The notes beneath the pieces were generated by a model, which was not told the origin of the DNA, made no database searches, and worked only from the letters and a program-made list of their open reading frames with translations. DNA of 24,702 nt from Candidatus Omnitrophota bacterium (GTDB lineage: Bacteria > Omnitrophota > Omnitrophia > Omnitrophales > Aquincolibacteriaceae): assembly GCA_023247135.1 (NCBI GenBank), contig JAHFHB010000001.1, forward strand, positions 1 through 24,702, in the 5' to 3' direction. The position numbers were made by a program, and so were the translations under genes. Positions 16,761 through 24,426 of this stretch are shown piece after piece; positions within the stretch are counted from its first letter, which is position 1; each line of letters begins with the position of its first letter.

Positions 16761-18320
16761 ATGAGGTTAAATGGAGTGAAGTTCTGGGTGTTTCTGGGAT
16801 TGTTTGCAGCCAGCGTGCTGCTCCCGGGAATCGCTTTGGCCGCACCGTCAGCTGCGGATCCGAGCGGAGCCAATACGGGAACGGCGGCGGATATTACGGC
16901 GGCAGTTGCCGGTGCACCGACATTGGCAGAAGTGGCCGCGACTGTTGGGCACAACAAAGTGGCCATTAACTTTGTCTGGACGTTGATCACGGGTTTTCTG
17001 GTCATGTTCATGCAGGCGGGTTTCGCGATGGTGGAATCCGGTTTAACTCGCGCGAAAAATGCCGCGCATACCATGGCGATGAACTTCATGGTTTATCCGC
17101 TGGGTATGCTGGGTTTCTATGTGTGCGGCTTTGCGTTTATGTTCGGCGGACTTGGGCCGGTGGCAACACTCGGAGGTTATGCCGGGCTTAACCATGAGTT
17201 CACCATTACGCTTTTAGGTAAATCCTTCGGGCTAATTGGATTGAAGGGTTTTTGTTTGACGGGACAGGCCTATGACGTGGCCTTGTTTGCGCTCTTTCTT
17301 TTCCAGATGGTGTTTATGGACACGACAGCTACGATTCCGACCGGGTCCATGGCTGAGAGATGGAAATACAGCGCATTTTTTATTTACGGTATCTTCGTAG
17401 GCACGATCATTTATCCGATTTATGGTAACTGGGTTTGGGGCGGCGGCTGGCTTGCGACGCTCGGCACCAACTTCGGGTTAGGGCATGGGCATGTGGACTT
17501 TGCCGGTTCTTCCGTGGTGCATATGACGGGCGGTGTGCTGGCGCTTGTCGGTGCGGCTATTCTTGGCCCGCGCATTGGAAAGTTCAATCGCGATGGTTCT
17601 CCGAACGCTATTCCCGGCCACAACATTCCGATGGCGGTCATCGGAACGTTCATTTTGGCTTTTGGCTGGTTTGGATTTAACCCGGGCTCCACTCTAGCCG
17701 GCGGCGATTTAAGAATCGCTGTGGTTGCGACGAATACGATGCTTGCCTCAGCCACAGGTGCGCTTGCTGCGACCTTGTGGATGTGGTGGTTTCGCACCAA
17801 GAAACCGGATCCAAGCATGATGTGCAACGGTTTGCTTGCAGGGCTTGTGGCGATTACCGCTCCGTGCGCCTTTGTCACGGCTCCGATTGCCTGTTTTATC
17901 GGGCTGGTGTCCGGCGTGCTGGTGGTGGAAGCGGTGTTTTTTGTAGAGGGTGTTCTTAAGATCGACGATCCCGTCGGCGCAGTGGCCGTGCATGGTGTCA
18001 ATGGCGCTTGGGGCGTTTTGGCCCTGGGGCTTTTTGCGGATGGCACCTACGGGGATGGTTGGAATGGCGTGGCGGGGACCGTGAAAGGTCTCTTTTACGG
18101 CGATCCATCCCAGTTTACCGCGGAAGTGATTGGCGTTCTTGCCAACGTCGTGTATGTCGGCATTGTAGGCTTTTTGGTCTTCAAAGGTATTGACCTGCTT
18201 GTTGGCAATCGCGTCAAACCTGAGGACGAAATCGAGGGTCTCGATATTCCGGAAATGGGTACGCCCGGTTATGTGGGTGTGAAGCTGGACAAATATTCTG
18301 AAACCCCCATGTCCCGGTAA
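16761..18320 (+). CDS. amtB: ammonium transporter (Amt family)
   Basis: FMQAGFAMVESG, DFAGSSVVHMTGG, FGWFGFNPGS, DDPVGAVAVHG (twin His). RBS GGAGG and a predicted signal peptide. Confidence 0.98.
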   Translation: MRLNGVKFWVFLGLFAASVLLPGIALAAPSAADPSGANTGTAADITAAVAGAPTLAEVAATVGHNKVAINFVWTLITGFLVMFMQAGFAMVESGLTRAKNAAHTMAMNFMVYPLGMLGFYVCGFAFMFGGLGPVATLGGYAGLNHEFTITLLGKSFGLIGLKGFCLTGQAYDVALFALFLFQMVFMDTTATIPTGSMAERWKYSAFFIYGIFVGTIIYPIYGNWVWGGGWLATLGTNFGLGHGHVDFAGSSVVHMTGGVLALVGAAILGPRIGKFNRDGSPNAIPGHNIPMAVIGTFILAFGWFGFNPGSTLAGGDLRIAVVATNTMLASATGALAATLWMWWFRTKKPDPSMMCNGLLAGLVAITAPCAFVTAPIACFIGLVSGVLVVEAVFFVEGVLKIDDPVGAVAVHGVNGAWGVLALGLFADGTYGDGWNGVAGTVKGLFYGDPSQFTAEVIGVLANVVYVGIVGFLVFKGIDLLVGNRVKPEDEIEGLDIPEMGTPGYVGVKLDKYSETPMSR

Positions 18321-18350
18321 ACTTAACGGATATCGAACGGAGGAAACTTT

Positions 18351-18692
18351 ATGAAACTGATTCAAGCGATTATTAGGCGTGAGAAGCTGATGGCGGTGAA
18401 GGAGGCCCTGGATGCCTTGAGCTGCCCCGGCATGATGATCTGGGAGATCGTAGGCCATGGCAAACAGCAGGGCATCACGGAGCAGTTCCGCGGCCGTGAG
18501 TTCAAGGTAGATCTGCTGCCGAAGACCAAGCTCGAGGTTGTGGCGCATGATTCTCAGGTGGCTAAACTGGTCGATGCGATCCGTAAAGCGGCCTGCACCA
18601 ACAAAATCGGAGATGGAAAGATTTTCATCTCGACGATTGAAGATGCCATCCGCATTCGCACGGGCGAGCGCGGTGATGTGGTTCTCGACTAG
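18351..18692 (+). CDS. glnK: P-II nitrogen regulatory protein (GlnK-type, Phe at position 51)
   Basis: AIIR, GHGKQ, T-loop FRGREF, LLPK, GDGKIF and IRTGE. Directly downstream of amt. Confidence 0.96.
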   Translation: MKLIQAIIRREKLMAVKEALDALSCPGMMIWEIVGHGKQQGITEQFRGREFKVDLLPKTKLEVVAHDSQVAKLVDAIRKAACTNKIGDGKIFISTIEDAIRIRTGERGDVVLD

Positions 18693-18768
18693 CTTACACG
18701 CACCTCCCGGGGTGTGAAGCGCAGTATCGGAGCACCTGCGACGATGCTAGCTTACACGCACCTCCCGG
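18689..18768. repeat. REP-like element: 22-bp exact direct repeat x2 (58-bp period) with palindromic character
   Basis: CTAGCTTACACGCACCTCCCGG at 18689-18710 and 18747-18768. Each copy can fold with its following bases. Confidence 0.85.
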
Positions 18769-18805
18769 CGTGAATGACACAACGCCAACAGTAGAGTACA
18801 AGTAT

Positions 18806-18846
18806 TACAGCAAGGCCAACGCGTCCGGAGCGTTGGCCTTGTTGTA
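18806..18846. terminator. probable bidirectional terminator between convergent glnK and PLP-enzyme genes
   Basis: Perfect 12-bp stem CAAGGCCAACGC / GCGTTGGCCTTG, extendable by about 5 bp, with AT-rich flanks. Confidence 0.75.
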
Positions 18847-18853
18847 TTATGGG

Positions 18854-20020
18854 TCAGTTTAGTCCGAGCTTCAATCGCCCGAGCCCTTGATGCATTTTGT
18901 CGGGCGGGATGAGCAGACTCACCACGAGATAGGATTTTTCGGCAGGCAAGTCAAAAAGATAGCCCGGGTGCAGGGCGGTTTGAAAGTTTTCCAAAAAATA
19001 GAGGGCCCACTCCTCATCCGGCTTATCCGCCGGCATCTCCAGAACCGAAGTCCAGCCGCCAGAACCCTTGGACAGCTTGATCCGCGTGTGCGTGCCGAAT
19101 GCTTTTTCCAGCAGGGCGCGATTCTCCCGAATCCGGCTGCGAATCTCGCCGCAGATGGCCTCTTCGCGGCCGAACCAGAAAGGCAGTGCGTTTTGAATGG
19201 GCGTGCTGGCCGAAAGATAAGTGTCTGAAATGATTTCAAGGCGCCGGCAGGCTTCGCGGCGCAGGGCTTCAGGGCCCGTGACCACGATCCAGGAGAGTTT
19301 CATCTGCGGCAGACCAAGAATTTTTGAAATGCCGCTGAGGGTGAAGGTTAACCCCCGGTTGTTTGAGGCGAAACTTTCAAAACGATCCTGTGGGCCCCAG
19401 GCAAAATCAAAGAAAACTTCATCCGCAATGATCGGCGTTGCAAAACGCGTGCAAAGATCAATCAGCGCCGCGCGTTCCTCGGCTGCGGCATAATTCCCCG
19501 TTGGATTTGCGGGATGCACCAGCATGAGCGCTTTGGTTTCCGCCGTGAGCAGGCCGGCCAGCGTTTTGAGGTCTGTGCTCCAACCGTTGCGATCGCAAAG
19601 CGGATAACGTTCCAGTGTTAGATCATTGAGGCCCGCCAAGTATTCGATCAAGGGATAGCCCGGCGCCGGGGCCAGAACGCGATCGCCTGCGTCAGCCAGC
19701 AATTTAAAGACGAACGTGTAGGCTTCGCTGGTGTTAGCGGTGATAAAAATCTGGTCAGGAGAAACCGTCACCCCCCGGCGCGCGTAGTAAGCGCAGATGC
19801 TTTGGCGCGCTTCAGGCAGGCCGTGAGCATCGGGCTGATAAAGCAGATTCTGCGGACTTTGAAAACCTTGCAGGAGTGCAGGCGCCAGGTAGCGGAATCC
19901 GCAGAGCGTGGGATTGGAAACGGTCAGGTCAATAAAATCCGGCGCTGTTTTTATGCGTTCCAGCGCCTGCGTGAGCGCATTCGGGGCCGTGTTCCAGTTT
20001 GTGCGTTTCGCAAAAGTCAT
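18854..20020 (-). CDS. PLP-dependent fold type I enzyme (aminotransferase class I/II family, atypical)
   Basis: HPANPTGN, IIADEVF and SGISK (PLP Lys). ATG 20020 overlaps the upstream gene's stop (ATGA). Confidence 0.9.
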   Translation of the reverse strand: MTFAKRTNWNTAPNALTQALERIKTAPDFIDLTVSNPTLCGFRYLAPALLQGFQSPQNLLYQPDAHGLPEARQSICAYYARRGVTVSPDQIFITANTSEAYTFVFKLLADAGDRVLAPAPGYPLIEYLAGLNDLTLERYPLCDRNGWSTDLKTLAGLLTAETKALMLVHPANPTGNYAAAEERAALIDLCTRFATPIIADEVFFDFAWGPQDRFESFASNNRGLTFTLSGISKILGLPQMKLSWIVVTGPEALRREACRRLEIISDTYLSASTPIQNALPFWFGREEAICGEIRSRIRENRALLEKAFGTHTRIKLSKGSGGWTSVLEMPADKPDEEWALYFLENFQTALHPGYLFDLPAEKSYLVVSLLIPPDKMHQGLGRLKLGLN

Positions 20021-21123
20021 GACGCAATAGATTTTCCGGCGCGATCGAGGAGGGCGCAGACATCCTGTTTGGTGACGGGCTTGCCGAACACGCGTTCCCA
20101 GACCTCCGGGGATTCCATCGAAAGGTAAATCGTCACCGCCGGCGCCCATTGGCGGATGAGACTCACCGCCTGCTGATAAATTTCAATGCGGCGCGGCTTG
20201 AAGTAGCGCAATTTACCGTCCATGCCGGTGATCCATTCGGCGTCGGCAGCATCCGATTTTGGAAAACGCTCTTCCATGATTGGCTTCAGCTGGGGCATCA
20301 TGCGCAGGCAGCCCAGGCTGACCCAGGCGATTTTTTCGTGAGGCACGGCCGTGAAGATTTCGCGAAAAACTTCCGCGTATTCTTTTTCCCAATCCGGATA
20401 ATCCAGGATCGGATCGAAGTGAAAAGCGACGCGCCAGCCCGGCCTTGCGGCCATTTCTTCGGCGCAGGCCAGGCGTTCTTCAAGCGTGGCGCACTTGTGT
20501 TCTTCCTGCTGCTGCACGCGCCGTGAATTCATGGACCATGACACGATCGCTTTGCCTGCGGGATTCAGGGCTTTAAGCCGTTCGATATTCGAACTTTTTG
20601 TTTTGAGTTCCAGCACGGCATTTTTTTGCCGGGCAAAAAATGGCACGAGGATTTCTGAAAATCCAGTGAGGTGGTCCAGGGAAAGAGAGTCGGCCAATTG
20701 TCCCGTGCCGATGCGAAAAAACCGGTCCGGATTGGAGGCGAGCACGGCTTCGAGATTAAACAGCATTTCCTCGATGTTCACGAACACGGTCAGAAGGGGA
20801 TTGGTGAGATACGCCTGCAGGATGCAGTAACTGCATTCCAGATCGCAGCCTTCGGCGACATGCAGGGTGAAATAATCGCACGACAGGTACTGTGCGGCTT
20901 CCGGGAAAGGTTTGAAGGACCGGCCTTTATCATAGGCTAAAAAAAGAAGGCGCTTGCCTTCCCCGATGGGGTCGCGGTGCGTGCGGATTTCCGCCATCAA
21001 CGCATGGGCGTTTTCTATTTCTTCACAGGGCACCCCCGGCAGGCGAGTGAGGATTTTTTCAGTGAGCGGGTAGGGCCTGGCGGCTTTCTCGATGTAAATC
21101 TTCTGGGGTTTGTAGAGCACCAT
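20017..21123 (-). CDS. spore photoproduct lyase (SplB)-like radical SAM protein
   Basis: GCDLECSYC [4Fe-4S] motif, LELKTKS, IVSWS, ERLACA and FHFDP. Alternative start ATG 21135. Confidence 0.88.
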   Translation of the reverse strand: MVLYKPQKIYIEKAARPYPLTEKILTRLPGVPCEEIENAHALMAEIRTHRDPIGEGKRLLFLAYDKGRSFKPFPEAAQYLSCDYFTLHVAEGCDLECSYCILQAYLTNPLLTVFVNIEEMLFNLEAVLASNPDRFFRIGTGQLADSLSLDHLTGFSEILVPFFARQKNAVLELKTKSSNIERLKALNPAGKAIVSWSMNSRRVQQQEEHKCATLEERLACAEEMAARPGWRVAFHFDPILDYPDWEKEYAEVFREIFTAVPHEKIAWVSLGCLRMMPQLKPIMEERFPKSDAADAEWITGMDGKLRYFKPRRIEIYQQAVSLIRQWAPAVTIYLSMESPEVWERVFGKPVTKQDVCALLDRAGKSIAS

Positions 21124-21129
21124 GGGCCG

Positions 21130-21219
21130 TGTCATCCTGAGCGTCGCGCCCACCTGCCGGCGAGGCAGGAAGGATCTCCGAGATTCTTCGCCTTGCCTGC
21201 GGCATGGCTCAGAATGACA
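21130..21219. repeat. 90-bp palindromic REP/MITE-like element (TGTCATCCTGAGC...GCTCAGAATGACA)
   Basis: 13-bp terminal inverted repeat with one mismatch. Three internal hairpins: CCTGCC/GGCAGG, GAAGGATCT/AGATTCTTC and TGCC/GGCA. Confidence 0.85.
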
Positions 21220-21998
21220 GAGTTACCGTATTTCACGGCGCCAGCCGCAAAAATAGTTTCTTTTTCCGCGAGCATTTTTGCGGCGGCCTGTGTTTGGGTT
21301 TCATTCAAGACGCCGGAACCCAGGATTTTTTTTAGCGCATAAATGCGAAAACGGTCCATGGCCTGAAATTCACGCGAGCGTTGATCCGCATGCCCGCCGT
21401 ATTTGACCACATGCGGTTTTGCAATCAATCCCACCGGATATTGCGCCGCGATGCGCAGCCACAGATCATAGTCCTCGCAGGCAGGCAGCGATTCATCGAA
21501 TCCGCCCGTTTCTTCAAAAAGTGTTTTTTCAAGCATGACCGCTGAAGGGCTGATGACGCAAAGCGGCAGGCATTTTTCAAAAATATTCCCGCCGAATTTC
21601 TGATGTTTTTTCATGGGGTTGACGCGGATGCCGTTTCGGATCCAGATTTCTTCAGTCTGGCAAATGCGATAGTCCGGGCGGGATTTAAAAAAATCCAGCT
21701 GGGCTGCCAGCTTGGCGGGCAGCCACTCGTCGTCGGAATCCAAAAAGGCGAGCCAGCGTCCGGCGGCGGCTTTGGCCGCGCGGTTGCGTGCGTAAGACGG
21801 CCCGCGGTTTTCACGCCAGCTTAAGACGCGAATAGCGGAGAATTCCTGCCGGAGAAACTCTGTGGTTCTGTCGGTGGAACCATCGTCGGCCACGAGAATC
21901 TCGAAAGAAGCCTTTTTTTGGGCCAGCACCGACCGAATGGCGCGTTCCAGAAGGCTTTTGCGGTTAAAAGTCGGGATAATCACACTGATGTCAGGCAT
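21132..21998 (-). CDS. glycosyltransferase family 2 (GT-A fold)
   Basis: ISVIIPTFNR, VADDGSTD, ARN, FLDSDD, GGFDE and EDYDLWLRI. Confidence 0.95.
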   Translation of the reverse strand: MPDISVIIPTFNRKSLLERAIRSVLAQKKASFEILVADDGSTDRTTEFLRQEFSAIRVLSWRENRGPSYARNRAAKAAAGRWLAFLDSDDEWLPAKLAAQLDFFKSRPDYRICQTEEIWIRNGIRVNPMKKHQKFGGNIFEKCLPLCVISPSAVMLEKTLFEETGGFDESLPACEDYDLWLRIAAQYPVGLIAKPHVVKYGGHADQRSREFQAMDRFRIYALKKILGSGVLNETQTQAAAKMLAEKETIFAAGAVKYGNSVILSHAAGKAKNLGDPSCLAGRWARRSG

Positions 21999-22009
21999 GG
22001 TGAGGGCGT

Positions 22010-22037
22010 ACTATAACACAGAAGACAGGCCTGTAAA
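22010..22037 (-). promoter_or_regulatory. candidate sigma70 promoter for the GT2 operon, near-leaderless transcript
   Basis: Minus strand TTTACA-N16-TATAGT with extended -10 TG. The -10 box ends 11 nt before the ATG and there is no RBS. Confidence 0.55.
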
Positions 22038-22068
22038 ACCCCACCCCGCTTGGCTTGAGGAAGCCCGA

Positions 22069-22097
22069 TTGACAGGGCCGGGGAGCCCTTCTATACT
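22069..22097 (+). promoter_or_regulatory. sigma70 promoter for fchA-folD-panB
   Basis: TTGACA-N17-TATACT, 32 nt upstream of ATG 22130. Confidence 0.8.
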
Positions 22098-22129
22098 AAG
22101 GTTTTGACCCCAAAGCCGAGGTTCCAGGC

Positions 22130-22741
22130 ATGCCTTCATTTGCAGATACTACCCTCAGAAACTACCTTGATCAGCTTGCCAGCGATGCGCCGGTTCCGGG
22201 CGGCGGCAGCGTTTCGGCTTACGTGGCCGCGCTGGCCATTGGCTTGAGCCAAATGGTGGCCCGTATTACGCTTGCGCGCAAACCCAAAGCCGGACTTTCG
22301 GCCGAAGATCAAAAAAAGGAAGCCGAAAAACGGGCCGCGCTTGAAAAAATTCTGGGGTTACTTGAAAAAGTCAAAAAAGACGCGCTCGAAATCGTGGACA
22401 TCGATCCAAAAATTTATCAGGAAGTCATGGCCGCCTGGGGCGGAGCCCCTGAGAAAATGGAAGATGCATTGAATAATTCTTTCCGGCTGCAGGCGGATCT
22501 GGCTTTGCTGGTGGTGATGGCGCGCGAATGGAACCAGACGCTGGCGGACTTGGTGGCTGGCTCGATTAAAAATGATCTCTTGGTTGCGGCGTCGCTTTAT
22601 CTGGCTTCTTTTCAGGGGGCCTGGCATACGGCCATGATCAACGTGAAATACATGCAAGATGCCCAGCATAAAAGTCAGGCGGAAAAAGCGCTCGGCGATC
22701 TTAAAAAACGCTTTGACGCGGGGAGCACCCAGTGCCTATGA
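22130..22741 (+). CDS. fchA: cyclodeaminase/cyclohydrolase family protein (FTCD C-terminal domain / FchA-like methenyl-THF cyclohydrolase)
   Basis: LASDAPVPGGGSVSA...L..MVARIT N-terminal signature, NDLLVAA and AMINV. Coupled to folD. Confidence 0.85.
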   Translation: MPSFADTTLRNYLDQLASDAPVPGGGSVSAYVAALAIGLSQMVARITLARKPKAGLSAEDQKKEAEKRAALEKILGLLEKVKKDALEIVDIDPKIYQEVMAAWGGAPEKMEDALNNSFRLQADLALLVVMAREWNQTLADLVAGSIKNDLLVAASLYLASFQGAWHTAMINVKYMQDAQHKSQAEKALGDLKKRFDAGSTQCL

Positions 22742-23610
22742 CGGAAGCTAAACTGCTTGAGGGAAAAGCTCTCGCTGCGCAAATCCAGCAGGAGATCAAA
22801 ACATTTGTTGAGAATCTGCGCGCCGCCGGCAAACAGGTGCCTGGGCTGCTGGTGCTGCAGGCCAATCAGGATCCGGCTTCGGACTGGTATATCGGACAGC
22901 AGGAAAAGCTTGCTGCGAAACTCGGGATTTATTGTGAGAAAATCGGGCCGGCTCAGCTGGCTTCGCAGGACAAGCTGTGTGACGCGCTGAATAGCGAGGG
23001 GGCCGGAAAACCCGCAGGGAAATTTCACGGAATTTTTATCGCCATGCCATTTCCAGTCGGGTTCAATGCGGACAAAATCCTTTTTCAGCTTGATCCGCGT
23101 AAAGATGTCGAGGGCGTGCATCCCGCAAGTCTTGGATTGATGGTGCTGCGCAAGTCCGCACTGATTCCGCCGACGGCGTTTGCGGCGTTGAAGCTGATTG
23201 AATCGACCGGCGTTAGCTTGCGCGGCAAAAAGGCTGTGATTGTGGGGCAGAGCGCGATTGTGGGACGTCCGCTGCAGCTTCTCCTGGGTGAGCGGCGCGT
23301 GACCACGATTGTGTGCAATACGGGCACCTCTCAGGCTGACTTGCAGAAATTTATTTCTGAAAGCGAACTTGTCGTGGCCTGCGCCGGACAGCCGGGGCTG
23401 GTGCGCGGCGAGTGGATCCGTGAAGGCGCCATCGTGATTGATGTGGGCACCACCGCGGTGGACGGAAAACTGGCGGGCGATGTGGACTTTGAAGGCGCGA
23501 AAAAACGCGCGGGGTTTATCACGCCCGTTCCGGGCGGCGTCGGGCCTTTGACCGTGACCATGCTCATGCAGAATCTCATCAAGGCCTATGAATGGCAGAA
23601 AACCTCATGA
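22738..23610 (+). CDS. folD: methylenetetrahydrofolate dehydrogenase (FolD family, probably monofunctional)
   Basis: LEGKALA, KDVEG, GQSAIVGRP, IDVGT, GDVDF and ITPVPGGVGPLT. ATGA overlap with fchA. Confidence 0.95.
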   Translation: MTEAKLLEGKALAAQIQQEIKTFVENLRAAGKQVPGLLVLQANQDPASDWYIGQQEKLAAKLGIYCEKIGPAQLASQDKLCDALNSEGAGKPAGKFHGIFIAMPFPVGFNADKILFQLDPRKDVEGVHPASLGLMVLRKSALIPPTAFAALKLIESTGVSLRGKKAVIVGQSAIVGRPLQLLLGERRVTTIVCNTGTSQADLQKFISESELVVACAGQPGLVRGEWIREGAIVIDVGTTAVDGKLAGDVDFEGAKKRAGFITPVPGGVGPLTVTMLMQNLIKAYEWQKTS

Positions 23611-24404
23611 TACGGATCTCGGTGAAAGCCATTTGTGATAAAAAAGCCCAAAGAGAAAAGATAGCCGTTCTGACAGCCTATGATTTTCCCTTTGCCCGCA
23701 TGTTCGATACGGCGGGCGTGGACATGGTACTCGTGGGCGACTCCCTCGGCATGGTGGTGCTCGGCCACCAAAGTACGGTGCCCGTGACGATGCGTGATAT
23801 GCTGCATCACACGCGGGCGGCTTCACGTGCCGTAAAACATGCGCTCGTCGTCGCGGACATGCCCTTTGGTTCTTACGAAACGCCTGAGCGCGCACTGCGC
23901 AACGCGCTGCGGCTGATCAAAGAAGCCGGCGCGGATGCGGTGAAGCTTGAAGGCGGCCGCGCCGTAGAAAAACAGGTCGCGCGGCTGGTGAAGGCCGGCA
24001 TTCCTGTGATGGGGCATATCGGCATGACGCCGCAGACAGCCAGCGGGCTCGGCGGCTACAAGGTTCAAGGCCGTGATCCGAAGCAGGCGGCGCAAATTTT
24101 AGCGGACGCGAAATGTCTGGATGGCCTGGGGGTTTTCGCCATGGTGCTTGAATGCGTGCCCTCGGCGCTTGCGGCAAAAATCACGCGGCAGGTAAAATGT
24201 CCCACCATCGGAATCGGTGCCGGCAGCGGAACCGACGGACAGGTGCTGGTGATGCACGACATGCTTGGCATTGAAAGCGGCGTGAGGCCCCGATTTGTGC
24301 GCCGTTATGCCGAGCTTGAAAAAACGATTTCACGCGCAGCGCAAGATTACATCCGCGATGTACGCTCCGGAAAATTCCCATCCAAGGCGGAAAGTTTTGA
24401 GTAA
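23607..24404 (+). CDS. panB: 3-methyl-2-oxobutanoate hydroxymethyltransferase
   Basis: LTAYD, LVGDSLGM, DMPFGSY, AVKLEGG, GHIGMTPQ, IGIGAG and GQVLV. ATG 23607 overlaps the folD stop. Confidence 0.97.
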   Translation: MIRISVKAICDKKAQREKIAVLTAYDFPFARMFDTAGVDMVLVGDSLGMVVLGHQSTVPVTMRDMLHHTRAASRAVKHALVVADMPFGSYETPERALRNALRLIKEAGADAVKLEGGRAVEKQVARLVKAGIPVMGHIGMTPQTASGLGGYKVQGRDPKQAAQILADAKCLDGLGVFAMVLECVPSALAAKITRQVKCPTIGIGAGSGTDGQVLVMHDMLGIESGVRPRFVRRYAELEKTISRAAQDYIRDVRSGKFPSKAESFE

Positions 24405-24426
24405 GGCCGATGCCAGGAGGACAGTC

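Noticed and set aside
17420-18548. 208-aa and 266-aa antisense ORFs over amt-glnK
   Set aside because: Shadow frames of strongly supported genes.
18689-18768. Repeat-spacer-repeat (22 bp + 36 bp) as a mini CRISPR array
   Set aside because: Only two repeats, the first overlaps a stop codon, and there are no cas genes or leader.
20021-20149. ORF-track N-terminal extension of the PLP enzyme (431 aa)
   Set aside because: It overlaps the radical SAM gene by 133 nt; ATG 20020 gives a clean ATGA coupling.
18854-21998. GT2 + radical SAM + aminotransferase as hopanoid side-chain genes (hpnI/hpnH/hpnO)
   Set aside because: The radical SAM protein is SplB-like rather than HpnH-like, the PLP enzyme is class I/II rather than the class III HpnO, and there are no shc or hpn genes in the window.
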